Below are positions 16,664 through 25,566 of a stretch of 59,652 nt of DNA, in pieces. Source of the stretch: Candidatus Zambryskiibacteriota bacterium. GTDB taxonomy: Bacteria; Patescibacteriota; Minisyncoccia; Phycocordibacterales; Zambryskibacteraceae. Below the pieces are notes generated by a model, which was given only the letters and a program-made list of their open reading frames with translations, did not search any database and was not told the DNA's origin. The first letter of the stretch is position 1. The number at the start of each line of letters is the position of its first letter. Both the position numbers and the translations under genes were made by a program. The stretch covers positions 1 through 59,652 of the forward strand of contig JACOVQ010000002.1 of NCBI GenBank assembly GCA_016177225.1. Reading direction: 5' to 3'.

Positions 16664-18022
16664 ATGCGGAAAGTATTTGGGGTAATTTTTATCACATTCG
16701 TGGTCACAAATTTCCCTCTGGCACTTGCTCAACAACAAGACTGGTTGGCGCGATGCTGGACTATCAACGTCCAGCGAGTAAGTGGGGACATGATTTTCAT
16801 CTACCCCAACAGCGACAGCAGAGTCACTTCCAGCCTCATCGGCGGCAACTCGTTTGATGAGCAGGAAATGACTCGTTGTGTGTATAGTCGGCTGTACGGC
16901 AAAGGCAAGCCGGAAGAAGAGAACGACTTCGTTGCCTATGCGCAGACTATTCCAGACAACAATTCGTATCCAGCCTACTTCCTGCGGGCGATGAACGCCT
17001 CACCGGGACTCGGTCTGGGAAGGTACGACCGCTCGTTCATGTTCGGCAGCAAGGGACGATTGCTTGGTGTCATCAACACCGGATTCAGCATCGTCAACCT
17101 AAACGCCGAACTGCAAAACATTCACTTCGATGAGTTGAATCACGAAATAAGCCACACGAAATGTTGTTACGCGGGCCATCAGCATTACGAGTACATAAAT
17201 GCGTTCGGAGATGGTTTCGGACATTGGTCCCGCTATCTCGGACGCAACGCTCGCGGCGAAGACGGTCCGGACAATTGCTCTGTGATGAGAGCCTCTCCAT
17301 ATGTCGAGCTCGGCAACGGGGACGCGCAAACACGGAACTGCCATTACCAAAGCCGACCAACAATAAACTCGTTAGAGATGTATCTGTGGGGATTCAAAAA
17401 CGCAGATGCATCAAAAGGTAAACAATTCCCATCGGTATCGTCAAAAGGAACAAGCATTTCCCATGACATTTACCGGGCTCCGATTGAAAAGTGGCTGACC
17501 ATTGACGACCTCATTGCGAAGATGGACGGGGAGGTGGTTTGGCCATCGGCGGAAATTTCGCCGAAGCACTTGCGGGTTCTATTCGCTCTGGTTATCATGC
17601 CGGGAACGGACAACAGGCAACTGCAGGCAATGCAGAATCGCTGGCAAGAATTCGCGCGGTTGGCGAGAGGCACATGGAATGAAGCGACAGGTGGAGTGTC
17701 CACGCTGAATAATCCATCCAAACCAAATCCGACCATGTTGGTCAGCAAGGACTACTTGGGAAAGTGGGACTTCTCGTACCACCCGGGTGAGTGGCTGGTG
17801 TTAAACATCACTGGCGCCGTACCGAACCAGTGGGGTATTCTCGTCGGATTTGATGGAAAAAATCAGTATTCCATTTCCATCAAATCCGACGAGACAGGCA
17901 AGGCGGCGTTCTCCGCCTTACTGCTCAAGGACCATATCGGAACGTGGTCCGCAGTTGTGCACTTCGGGGATGGCGTGACCTCAAACGTGATCACGTTTGA
18001 GGTCACGCCTCCCGGTCAATAA
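16664..18022 (+). CDS. Secreted protein with an HExxH motif (putative zinc metallopeptidase)
   Basis: Signal peptide MRKVFGVIFITFVVTNFPLALAQ. LNHEISHTK is the only HExxH motif. Several Cys residues. No family recognised with confidence. Confidence 0.45.
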   Translation: MRKVFGVIFITFVVTNFPLALAQQQDWLARCWTINVQRVSGDMIFIYPNSDSRVTSSLIGGNSFDEQEMTRCVYSRLYGKGKPEEENDFVAYAQTIPDNNSYPAYFLRAMNASPGLGLGRYDRSFMFGSKGRLLGVINTGFSIVNLNAELQNIHFDELNHEISHTKCCYAGHQHYEYINAFGDGFGHWSRYLGRNARGEDGPDNCSVMRASPYVELGNGDAQTRNCHYQSRPTINSLEMYLWGFKNADASKGKQFPSVSSKGTSISHDIYRAPIEKWLTIDDLIAKMDGEVVWPSAEISPKHLRVLFALVIMPGTDNRQLQAMQNRWQEFARLARGTWNEATGGVSTLNNPSKPNPTMLVSKDYLGKWDFSYHPGEWLVLNITGAVPNQWGILVGFDGKNQYSISIKSDETGKAAFSALLLKDHIGTWSAVVHFGDGVTSNVITFEVTPPGQ

Positions 18023-18042
18023 CTGTTCATTTGAAAAATCTA

Positions 18043-18077
18043 GCCGCGGCGCTTCCAGCGCTCGCGGCCTTTTTTTC
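18043..18077 (+). terminator. Rho-independent terminator
   Basis: GCCGCGGCGC-TTCCA-GCGCTCGCGGC followed by CTTTTTTT. Confidence 0.7.
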
Positions 18078-18105
18078 TGCATATTTCTAGGCTTGCTTCT
18101 TAATT

Positions 18106-18160
18106 TGACAAGGCAAGGCCTCGACCAAGAAGAACTTGTGGTGTAATTTAAAACCACTTT
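18106..18160 (+). repeat. 55-bp REP-plus-hairpin unit, right direct repeat
   Basis: Identical to 14983..15037 except G to A at the fifth base. Confidence 0.9.
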
Positions 18161-18168
18161 TCAACCTA

Positions 18169-21100
18169 TCACTCTGCCGGTGGTTCTGGTGCAGGTTCTG
18201 CTTCGTCCGCCGTAGGTTCATCCGAAGACTGGGGAGTTACTTCAGGCGTAGGCGTAGGCTCAGGCTCAGGCTCAGATTCCGGAGTCGGTTCAGGTGTTGA
18301 AGTAACCTCTGATGTAGGTTCTGACACAGGTTCGACAGTTGGTGCGGGTTCCGATGTCGATATAGATTCCGGAATCACTTCTGGGCTTGCCTCTGGAGTT
18401 GCTTCCACGACAGGTGTTGATTCAGAATTTATTGATGGCTCTGAAGTCATCGCGCTTACGGTAACACCGATGCCATTCTTCTCGAGCAAAGTTTTGAACT
18501 GCTCTTTGTTTATGCAAATATCGTCGATGCAAAGCTCTTTGGTATAAACAATTTCCGAACTGATAGTCTTTACAAAGATACGTTCGATGCCGTTAGAGAC
18601 ATCAGCAAGCCAAGTGGTAATACGGGCGAAAAGATTTGAGAGAAACTTAGACGCGAGAGAGTCGGGGGCTGGTTCTTGACTCAACTTCTCTGTCAAATCG
18701 GTTAGGGAAAGCCCGGAGAGATTACTGTGTGTGACAAATAGTTGGATAGTACTTGCTGACGAGGTCTCCGTGTAATCTTCAAGAGCATACCCTATTGACT
18801 GTTCCCCGTCCCCTGCCTTCTTTGCTACACCTGGGATTGAGGAAAGTGACAAGTAATCACCGATGAGAATAGGCCCACCTTCAAGCGATACTTTAACAGG
18901 CACACGACCTGCAAGTGCGACTGGCTTCGAGTTCGTGAGTTCCTTGCCAAGTAAGACTCCGGGAGCAGTTGAGATAACACCCGCGAGTCTGTCCCCCGCT
19001 ATTGCCCTCTTTACCATTACCGCACCAGTAGTGTCGAACGCCACAACTTCTCCAGCAGAGAGTGTTGTATCTCTCGTGGAGTAATTTTCTGCCAAGTCGA
19101 TGTCGGTAATGGCCGCCGTGGTGGCGTATATCGTACCAGCTGTTGTACCACACGAGCCAGTGTCTCGAACGCACAAAGAACCTTGTATCGACAATGTAGA
19201 AACGGGCGTCGTCGTTCCTATCCCGACTTTGCCGTTGGCAATTACTAAATGACTGCAGGAAGTCGGGGAAACCCCGAATTCACTGTGGCAAAGCTCAAGT
19301 AAATTGTCGGTAGCATCATAACTAATACCTGCTTTTTCACTACCGTTTGAAATTATCCTGAAAAAGAAATCATTATCCCCTCCAACCTGCCATCGCGTAT
19401 CCAAATACGTGGCAGAAGATCGTATATCTAATTTTCCAGCTGGCCCCGTCGTCCCTATCCCGACGTTGCCTTGAATTATTAATCCCCCAGTTGGAGCCGC
19501 AGTTCCTGCGTAACCAATACCAACGCTAGCACCGCCTGCGAACGCACTTTCACCTAACACTGACAATTTTGAGACAGGACTCGTCGTCCCGATGCCGACG
19601 TTGCCGCTTCCGGTGTTTCTCATCGCTTCAGCCGCGGTCGTATTGTTTGCGGTGTAAAAACGCAAACCACCGGTGCCTGTTCCGCTCGCGTCTGCGTCCT
19701 TGAAACCGGCGACAATGCCGTATGTCGCTTGTGTAGCATCATTGTTGTTAAGCGGCCCTCCGAACACCAACGCGCTTCCACGGTCCACTCCTTGTCCTCC
19801 CGCTCCCGCTCCCAGGCGCAGTACTATTTCGTTTAATGTCGGTTCATTTGCAAATGTGGCTACTCCCACGCCGTTGATAATGGCGGCACCTGCCACATCC
19901 AATAGATACTGTGGGGTTGTCGTCCCGATGCCGACGTTGCCGCCGAATGGATTTAGTAACAACGGATAAGCGAAAGCCCCGCCCGTCTGTGTAGCTTGTA
20001 TGCCTTGTGCGTCGTTTGCCGTGTTCGCGTATCCCATGAAGATACCGTATTCGTTCGCGTGGCTTGAACCAAAAAATCTAAAGGATGCATCCGTGGCGGC
20101 GTCCGCCAGACTTGTCCATGTATTCACCGCTTGGCCAGTATCCTTGACGACGAGTCTTCCTTGCGGCCCCGTCGTCCCAATCCCCACATTCCCGCTGTTT
20201 TGCTGAACCACGAACTGCGAAGTGCCGACTGTAAGACCTCCGGTAGAGAAAGTGGAAGTGGCTGTAATGCCGGTAACGGTAATCTGATTCAGCCCGGTAA
20301 TGTTCTGTGAGTTGCCTGTGACCGCTCCTCCGAGGGTAAAGGTGTTGGCGCCGTTTGAATACAAAAGTTCGGAAGCGCCGTAAGTATCGGCTAAAGTGGC
20401 GGTACTGGCGATATAGTTGGTGCCGTTGCCCCGCAGGATTTTGCCTGCAGCGGCGGCATTACCGATTTTAAAGCCGGTGGCCACATTGAGCGTGCCGGTA
20501 AAGTCTGCGGCAGAGCTTATGGTCTGGCTGTTGATTAAGCCGGAAGTGATGGCTCCCAGTGTAGAGTTGCCGGTGGTGAGAGAAGTGGAAAACAGATTGG
20601 TCGATGAGGCGGTGGTGGAGAAGAAATTGGTGGTGGTAGCTGAAGTGCCGGTGGCGGTGGTGAAGGTAAAGTTTTGGAAAGTTGAGGAAGCATTAGCGAG
20701 AATATTAGCGAAAGTTCCTAAACCAGTGGAAGTAATGTTCCCGCCATTGCCCGTGGTAAAGAAAAGGTTAGTGCTTGATGCAGTGGTGCTAAAAAAACTA
20801 GTCGAAGTGGCGCTAGTAGAGGTGGATGTAGTAAAGATAGCGTTAGTGGCGGTGAGCCTAGAGAGCGTATTGTCCCAGAGGAGAGCGGAGGTGTCGGCCA
20901 GAAGCCCTGCGGTGGAAATGTACGGAATTCTACCGGAAGTAAGATTCGAGATGGTGGTTTGCCCGGAAGTGAGGGTGCCGATGGTGGCAGTATTAGTCCT
21001 GAAATCAGTAGTGGAAGCATTGGTAGTAAAGAAATTCGTCGTCGTAGCAGACGTTCCAGTGGCGTTCACGAAAGTGAAGTTCTGGAGGGTGGTGGAACCA

Positions 21101-22737
21101 ACTACCAAAAGGTCTCCCGAAGAATTAATGGTGGAGGTGGCTGAACCGCCGATGTTCAAGGTTCTGGCAAAGAGAGTACCGGCAAAGAAATCGGTGGAAG
21201 TAGCTGAAGTGGTGGTGGAGTTAGTGGCTGTTAAAGCGCCTGTAGTGATATCGTCAGCGACAATACTGGTAATGGTGGCAAGGAGAGAACGAATCTTGTC
21301 TGCATAGAAATTTGTAGTAGTAGCCGAAGTGCCTGTAGCATTTACAAAAGTAAAATTCTGCAGGGAAGTTGATGCGGATAGAACAAGATTGCCTAGAGTA
21401 GCGTTAGTAGCAAATAGATTCGTAGAGGTGGCATTCGTCGATGTAGCATCGACGATAGTAAGAGAAGAGCCATTGAAGCTTAAAGCGCTGACGTTGCCAT
21501 CAAAGACCGCATTGCCGTTTTTATCCAGAGTAATATTTGTCGCGTCGATAGTGACAGCATTACTCCCACCATTTAAAGCGATTTTGCCGCTGGCCGAGAA
21601 GTTGCCGGTGCCAAGACTGCCAAACGAGCCGCTTTTGCCAATCACGGAGCTTAACGATTCAAGGCCTCCTCTGACAGAAATATTTTTGCTGACGCTTAAA
21701 TTGCCGCTGATTTTGGCATCATTAGCTAGGGTAACCAAAGATTCAAAATACGCAGGGCCTAAGACATCCAGAGCTTGCCTGAATTCCGCATTACCAAACA
21801 CTTTGAGCTTTCCGCCAACATCAAGATTGGAAAGTAGTTTGGTAGCACCACGAATTAATAGTGTTTGTCCTATTTCCACCTTACCTTGCAACTCCACATT
21901 CTCTGCGGTTATATTGCCGTTGGCTGTCACAAACGCTAGAGTAAAATCGGTTGAACTTGCGCCTCCTAAAAATTCGGCATTTAAATTTTTGACTAAGGTT
22001 TTTGAGTCAACAACAATAGGCGCCATACCTTGAGCCACAAAAGATTTAAACTGACCTTTTGTCTCAATATGACCCATAATGGAAATGTTGCCTTCTTTAT
22101 CGAGAAGCAGAAGTTCGTTGGCGTGAGTTCCTGGACGGAAGCCCATCACAGTGTTGGCATCATTCAGAACTTCCTTAACATAATTCAGAGATTTATCAAA
22201 AAAACTGAATACTATCGGTATTGGCATTACAGAGAGAAGTATAAATAACGCAACAGTTGAACCGACTAACATTTTTGAAGAGAGAACCGTTTTGAAATGT
22301 GATTTATTTTCAGGTTCTATAAATTTAGATTCTCTGATTTTTACTCTCTCGGCTTCTAATCTATTTTTCGCTTCTTGTTCGGTAATTTTTTTTTCAAGAA
22401 CTTTTTCCAGTGCCTTCTCGATATGTTCTGTTTTCTCCGTAGGTAACGGAGTGTCGTCTTGAGGAAAATATTTATTGATGTCTCCGTAATAAGAGCGAAT
22501 GGGTTCCAACTCTATTTGAGCCTTGAACATCTGTCTCTGCATATAAGCATCCAAAGCATTCTTCGTTGTATACCATGTATTCTTAATTTTCTTAGAAGGA
22601 AGCTTCCCTTTACGAGCGAGTAAACTTAAGTACTCCGCGCTATATGGAGTAAACGGAGCCGCTTCCGACATTGAGAGCCATTTCTCGGTGCCGATATTAT
22701 GTATCGGTTCTTCTTTCACGTTGCATTTATTATACAT
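18169..22737 (-). CDS. Giant (1522 aa) protein: N-terminal HTH, one TM helix, beta-helix/fibre-like repeats, Pro/Glu/Thr-rich tail
   Basis: N-terminus WLSMSEAAPFTPYSAEYLSLLARKGKLPSKKIKNTWYTTKNALDAYM (excisionase/MerR-like HTH). TM helix at about aa 160-185. Three LQNFTFVNATGTSATTTNF repeats. Five GNVGIGTTxPxxxL motifs. C-terminal EPxP tract. Confidence 0.8.
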   Translation of the reverse strand: MYNKCNVKEEPIHNIGTEKWLSMSEAAPFTPYSAEYLSLLARKGKLPSKKIKNTWYTTKNALDAYMQRQMFKAQIELEPIRSYYGDINKYFPQDDTPLPTEKTEHIEKALEKVLEKKITEQEAKNRLEAERVKIRESKFIEPENKSHFKTVLSSKMLVGSTVALFILLSVMPIPIVFSFFDKSLNYVKEVLNDANTVMGFRPGTHANELLLLDKEGNISIMGHIETKGQFKSFVAQGMAPIVVDSKTLVKNLNAEFLGGASSTDFTLAFVTANGNITAENVELQGKVEIGQTLLIRGATKLLSNLDVGGKLKVFGNAEFRQALDVLGPAYFESLVTLANDAKISGNLSVSKNISVRGGLESLSSVIGKSGSFGSLGTGNFSASGKIALNGGSNAVTIDATNITLDKNGNAVFDGNVSALSFNGSSLTIVDATSTNATSTNLFATNATLGNLVLSASTSLQNFTFVNATGTSATTTNFYADKIRSLLATITSIVADDITTGALTATNSTTTSATSTDFFAGTLFARTLNIGGSATSTINSSGDLLVVGSTTLQNFTFVNATGTSATTTNFFTTNASTTDFRTNTATIGTLTSGQTTISNLTSGRIPYISTAGLLADTSALLWDNTLSRLTATNAIFTTSTSTSATSTSFFSTTASSTNLFFTTGNGGNITSTGLGTFANILANASSTFQNFTFTTATGTSATTTNFFSTTASSTNLFSTSLTTGNSTLGAITSGLINSQTISSAADFTGTLNVATGFKIGNAAAAGKILRGNGTNYIASTATLADTYGASELLYSNGANTFTLGGAVTGNSQNITGLNQITVTGITATSTFSTGGLTVGTSQFVVQQNSGNVGIGTTGPQGRLVVKDTGQAVNTWTSLADAATDASFRFFGSSHANEYGIFMGYANTANDAQGIQATQTGGAFAYPLLLNPFGGNVGIGTTTPQYLLDVAGAAIINGVGVATFANEPTLNEIVLRLGAGAGGQGVDRGSALVFGGPLNNNDATQATYGIVAGFKDADASGTGTGGLRFYTANNTTAAEAMRNTGSGNVGIGTTSPVSKLSVLGESAFAGGASVGIGYAGTAAPTGGLIIQGNVGIGTTGPAGKLDIRSSATYLDTRWQVGGDNDFFFRIISNGSEKAGISYDATDNLLELCHSEFGVSPTSCSHLVIANGKVGIGTTTPVSTLSIQGSLCVRDTGSCGTTAGTIYATTAAITDIDLAENYSTRDTTLSAGEVVAFDTTGAVMVKRAIAGDRLAGVISTAPGVLLGKELTNSKPVALAGRVPVKVSLEGGPILIGDYLSLSSIPGVAKKAGDGEQSIGYALEDYTETSSASTIQLFVTHSNLSGLSLTDLTEKLSQEPAPDSLASKFLSNLFARITTWLADVSNGIERIFVKTISSEIVYTKELCIDDICINKEQFKTLLEKNGIGVTVSAMTSEPSINSESTPVVEATPEASPEVIPESISTSEPAPTVEPVSEPTSEVTSTPEPTPESEPEPEPTPTPEVTPQSSDEPTADEAEPAPEPPAE

Positions 22738-22948
22738 TTTAATAAATCATTCCGAGAACGAATTTATATATTTTTGTGGATAACACTACAAAAAATTTTC
22801 AATTTTTAAATTACGAAATTAAATTGAATTTACAACGTTTAATTAGACAGCTGTTTATAATAAATTTGAGCTAAAAATTTAAAAATTCTAGATACTAAAA
22901 CATATATAAACCTTATTAACATTTATAGTAAACTATGATAAAGTTAGA

Positions 22949-23380
22949 TTAGAAAATACTGAATTTAAGCTCACTGAACCTAAATCGTGCGAATACTTTA
23001 CCTTTAATATCCCAACTATCAATCATTCCTAATTTGCGAGAATCAATGCTTACATCCAAGTTGTCTCCCAAAACGAAGTATTCCATCGGGTCAATATTCG
23101 TGGAAATTGTTCCTATTGAGAACTCATCTTCAGGCATACCAGCTATTCTCTTGATAATTTTCTGTTTGGAGTCGCGTGAAGTAGTCACAACAATATCTCC
23201 TCTCTCTGGCTTACTAAAGGTGAAGGCAAGCTTATTAATAAAGACGTAGTCGCCAGAACTGATGGTTGGTTCCATCGAATCACCAACTACAATAAAACCT
23301 TCGAAAACAAAAACGCGAATAAAAATTGTGAGAATAAAAGCGACGACAAATACTGAGAACATTTTTGACTTAATCGGCAT
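22949..23380 (-). CDS. lepB: Signal peptidase I (S26), short form
   Basis: VGDSMEPTISSGDYVF, GDIVV, IKRIAGMPED and YFVLGDNLDVSIDSR. Confidence 0.85.
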   Translation of the reverse strand: MPIKSKMFSVFVVAFILTIFIRVFVFEGFIVVGDSMEPTISSGDYVFINKLAFTFSKPERGDIVVTTSRDSKQKIIKRIAGMPEDEFSIGTISTNIDPMEYFVLGDNLDVSIDSRKLGMIDSWDIKGKVFARFRFSELKFSIF

Positions 23381-23386
23381 AGACTA

Positions 23387-23392
23387 ATTATA
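23387..23392 (-). promoter_or_regulatory. -10 box TATAAT, 6 nt upstream of the lepB ATG (leaderless-type)
   Basis: Minus strand reads CTATAATTAGTCTATG. Confidence 0.45.
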
Positions 23393-23420
23393 GATTATCA
23401 ATTACACTATAGCTAACCTT

Positions 23421-23660
23421 ATGAAGGAACTCTACTTCTCAATTAAAGAAGCGGCGCAGATTCTCGGGGTTTCTCCTCTTACTCTCCGCAACTGGGATAA
23501 ATCAGGCAAATTCCGCGCCTCTAGACATCCTATGAATAATTATCGTGTGTATAAATTGTCTGCCCTGGAGGACATTATCGCCGACATCGAAGGCGGCACC
23601 AACAAATCCAACGCAGAGAAGCAGATTAAGAAACTGATTATTAAACACGAAGAAGACTAG
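23421..23660 (+). CDS. MerR/excisionase-type HTH protein (79 aa)
   Basis: YFSIKEAAQILGVSPLTLRNWDKSGKF...YRVYKLSALEDI. Confidence 0.7.
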   Translation: MKELYFSIKEAAQILGVSPLTLRNWDKSGKFRASRHPMNNYRVYKLSALEDIIADIEGGTNKSNAEKQIKKLIIKHEED

Positions 23661-25072
23661 TTTTTAACCTGTTCGAAAAGTTCTGACAGAATTTTAGGAT
23701 TCGCTTTGTTCTCTGTTTTTTTCATGGCCTGACCAATCAAAAATTGAATAGATGCTTCCGGATTTTCATTTAATACTTCTTCAACAACTTTTTTCAAAAC
23801 TTCTTTGCTATTCTCCTGAATTAAATTTTTCTCTTTAGCAATTTGCCCCGGATCTCCACCTTTAATTTCAATAATTTTCAAAATATCTTTGGCGCCGCGG
23901 GAAGAGAGCTCTCCGCTATCTACCATCTTTATAACCTCGACCAAGGCTTCTGGCTCCACAGGTTTCTTCAAATCAGAGGTAATGTAATTCGAGGCTAGCG
24001 GTATTAGACGGATGTCTCCCAGACATTCGATTACTTCTTCGAAGTAATTCCCCCACTCCGGCTGGGTCACATAAATTTCAGCGTGTTCCGCGGTTATGCC
24101 AAGCTTTAATAACCTTTCTCGCTTCTGCCACGGCAGTTCCGGCAAGCTTTCAGCAAGGACAGTCCTTGTAAAATCGGGCACTTCATTTATGAAAAGCTTT
24201 GGCAAATCCGGCTCCGGGAAATAGCGGTAATCATGCGCCGATTCTTTCAGTCTTTGCGAAAACGTCGCCCCGACGTTTTCGTCCCACCCTCGCGTTTCTT
24301 GTATTACTTCGTTACCGTTTTCTAAGATTTCTATTTGTCTTTTATATTCAAATTCAACTGCCTTACCCACCGCCCTGAAAGAATTGATATTTTTTACTTC
24401 GACTTTTGTGCCCAAGGTCTGACCTTGGAAATCGGAATTCTTAAGGTCAGACCTTTGTACGGAAATATTTGCTTCCACCCGCATCTCGCCTTTCTCCATA
24501 TTTGCGTTGGAAATCCCAAGGTACTGTAGAAGCAATTGGAGCTCTTTGGCAAACTTTACAGCCTCTTCGCTTGTATGCATTACTGGCTCAGTCACTAATT
24601 CCATCAAGGGTACCCCCGCTCGATTGAAATCGATGAGACTTACCTCACCCCCTTTCCCCTCTCCTTGAGCAAGGAGAGGGGCTGGGGAGAGGTGGGTAGA
24701 TTTCGCTGTATCCTCCTCAAGGTGAATCCTTGTGATCTTTATACCATTTAGAGAACCGCCTTTCACCAACGGGTACTTGTATTGGCTGATTTGATAGCCT
24801 TTTGGAATATCGGGGTAAAAATAGTTTTTGCGGTCAAACTCGGTAAAGTCGGCCAGTTCTCCTCCCACAGCGACACCTAAGCGTAAAATACTTCTGACCG
24901 CTTCTTTATTAATAACAGGCAAAGTGCCCGGATAACCCATACACACTGGACAAATATTTACATTGGGACGCCTTTCATCCGGATGATTGGCGGAATTGCA
25001 AAACATTTTTGTTTTGGTGTTCAACTCGGCATGTATTTCGAGACCAATGGTTAATTTATAGTCTTTACCCAT
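23657..25072 (-). CDS. gatB: Asp/Glu-tRNA(Asn/Gln) amidotransferase subunit B
   Basis: YKLTIGLEIHAELNT, CPVCMGYPGTLPV, NRAGVPLMELVTEP and the C-terminal GatB_Yqey region. Start taken at MGKDYKL. Confidence 0.92.
   Translation of the reverse strand: MGKDYKLTIGLEIHAELNTKTKMFCNSANHPDERRPNVNICPVCMGYPGTLPVINKEAVRSILRLGVAVGGELADFTEFDRKNYFYPDIPKGYQISQYKYPLVKGGSLNGIKITRIHLEEDTAKSTHLSPAPLLAQGEGKGGEVSLIDFNRAGVPLMELVTEPVMHTSEEAVKFAKELQLLLQYLGISNANMEKGEMRVEANISVQRSDLKNSDFQGQTLGTKVEVKNINSFRAVGKAVEFEYKRQIEILENGNEVIQETRGWDENVGATFSQRLKESAHDYRYFPEPDLPKLFINEVPDFTRTVLAESLPELPWQKRERLLKLGITAEHAEIYVTQPEWGNYFEEVIECLGDIRLIPLASNYITSDLKKPVEPEALVEVIKMVDSGELSSRGAKDILKIIEIKGGDPGQIAKEKNLIQENSKEVLKKVVEEVLNENPEASIQFLIGQAMKKTENKANPKILSELFEQVKN
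24414..24455 (-). repeat. Family-B double hairpin element in frame in gatB
   Basis: AAGGTCTGACCTT-16 nt-AAGGTCAGACCTT, translated as RSDLKNSDFQGQTLG. Confidence 0.8.
24641..24698 (-). repeat. Family-A imperfect palindrome in frame in gatB (diverged copy)
   Basis: Core CCCCTCTCCTTGAGCAAGGAGAGGGG. Translated as HLSPAPLLAQGEGKGGEV. Confidence 0.75.
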
Positions 25073-25131
25073 AAAATGACAAATGACAAAAGCCAAATGT
25101 CGAATCAATTATTAAAGTCTGAATGTCTAAG

Positions 25132-25521
25132 TTATACATTAGATACAGGAATCTTATTGCTTGCCTTTCTTATAATAGCGGAAAATATTAAATGAAGTTC
25201 TTGAGCTTCCCTAAAAAGGACTTGCAGATCGACGGTGTGTTCTGGAGTGAATTCAGTCATCAATTTTAACCAGTACTTCGTTTCGTTAGCTTCTTTCTTG
25301 GAAATAGAGATTTTATTGATAAAATCTTTCTTAGAATTAGCTGAATCTGCTTCAGAATAATTGGCACCTATGCTCGTGCCCGATCTTATTAACTGGCTTA
25401 TCACGGGCTTAGTAATATGGTCTTGCCTAAGCTTACGACAGCACTTTAACAAATCCTGACTAAACTTAAAAGTTCTGTCTGCTAAATCGTAAGTCTTACT
25501 ATCTGTATTATCTTTAGTCAT
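25132..25521 (-). CDS. Four-helix-bundle protein (23S rRNA intervening-sequence protein family)
   Basis: SQLIRSGTSIGANYSEA, FINKISISKKEANETKYWLKL. Confidence 0.8.
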   Translation of the reverse strand: MTKDNTDSKTYDLADRTFKFSQDLLKCCRKLRQDHITKPVISQLIRSGTSIGANYSEADSANSKKDFINKISISKKEANETKYWLKLMTEFTPEHTVDLQVLFREAQELHLIFSAIIRKASNKIPVSNV

Positions 25522-25566
25522 TTATATTTTAGACTTGATTTATCATTCGTCATTAAACATTTGACA

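Noticed and set aside
20417-22033. Long + strand ORFs (20417..21307, 296 aa; 21329..22033, 234 aa) and several shorter ones opposite the giant gene.
   Set aside because: These are shadow ORFs. Their V/A/E/K/P-rich translations mirror the T/S/A/N-rich repeats of the minus-strand protein, they have no start signals, and they are fully contained in a far longer coherent ORF.
22775-22783. A perfect DnaA-box 9-mer TGTGGATAA in the ~210-bp AT-rich spacer upstream of the giant gene, which raised the possibility of oriC. A second perfect box is at 29780..29788.
   Set aside because: There is only one perfect box per spacer, the other candidates need 2 or more mismatches, and no dnaA, dnaN or box cluster is present. 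Isolated boxes in AT-rich DNA are expected by chance or act as regulatory sites. A genome-wide GC-skew analysis would be needed to revisit this.
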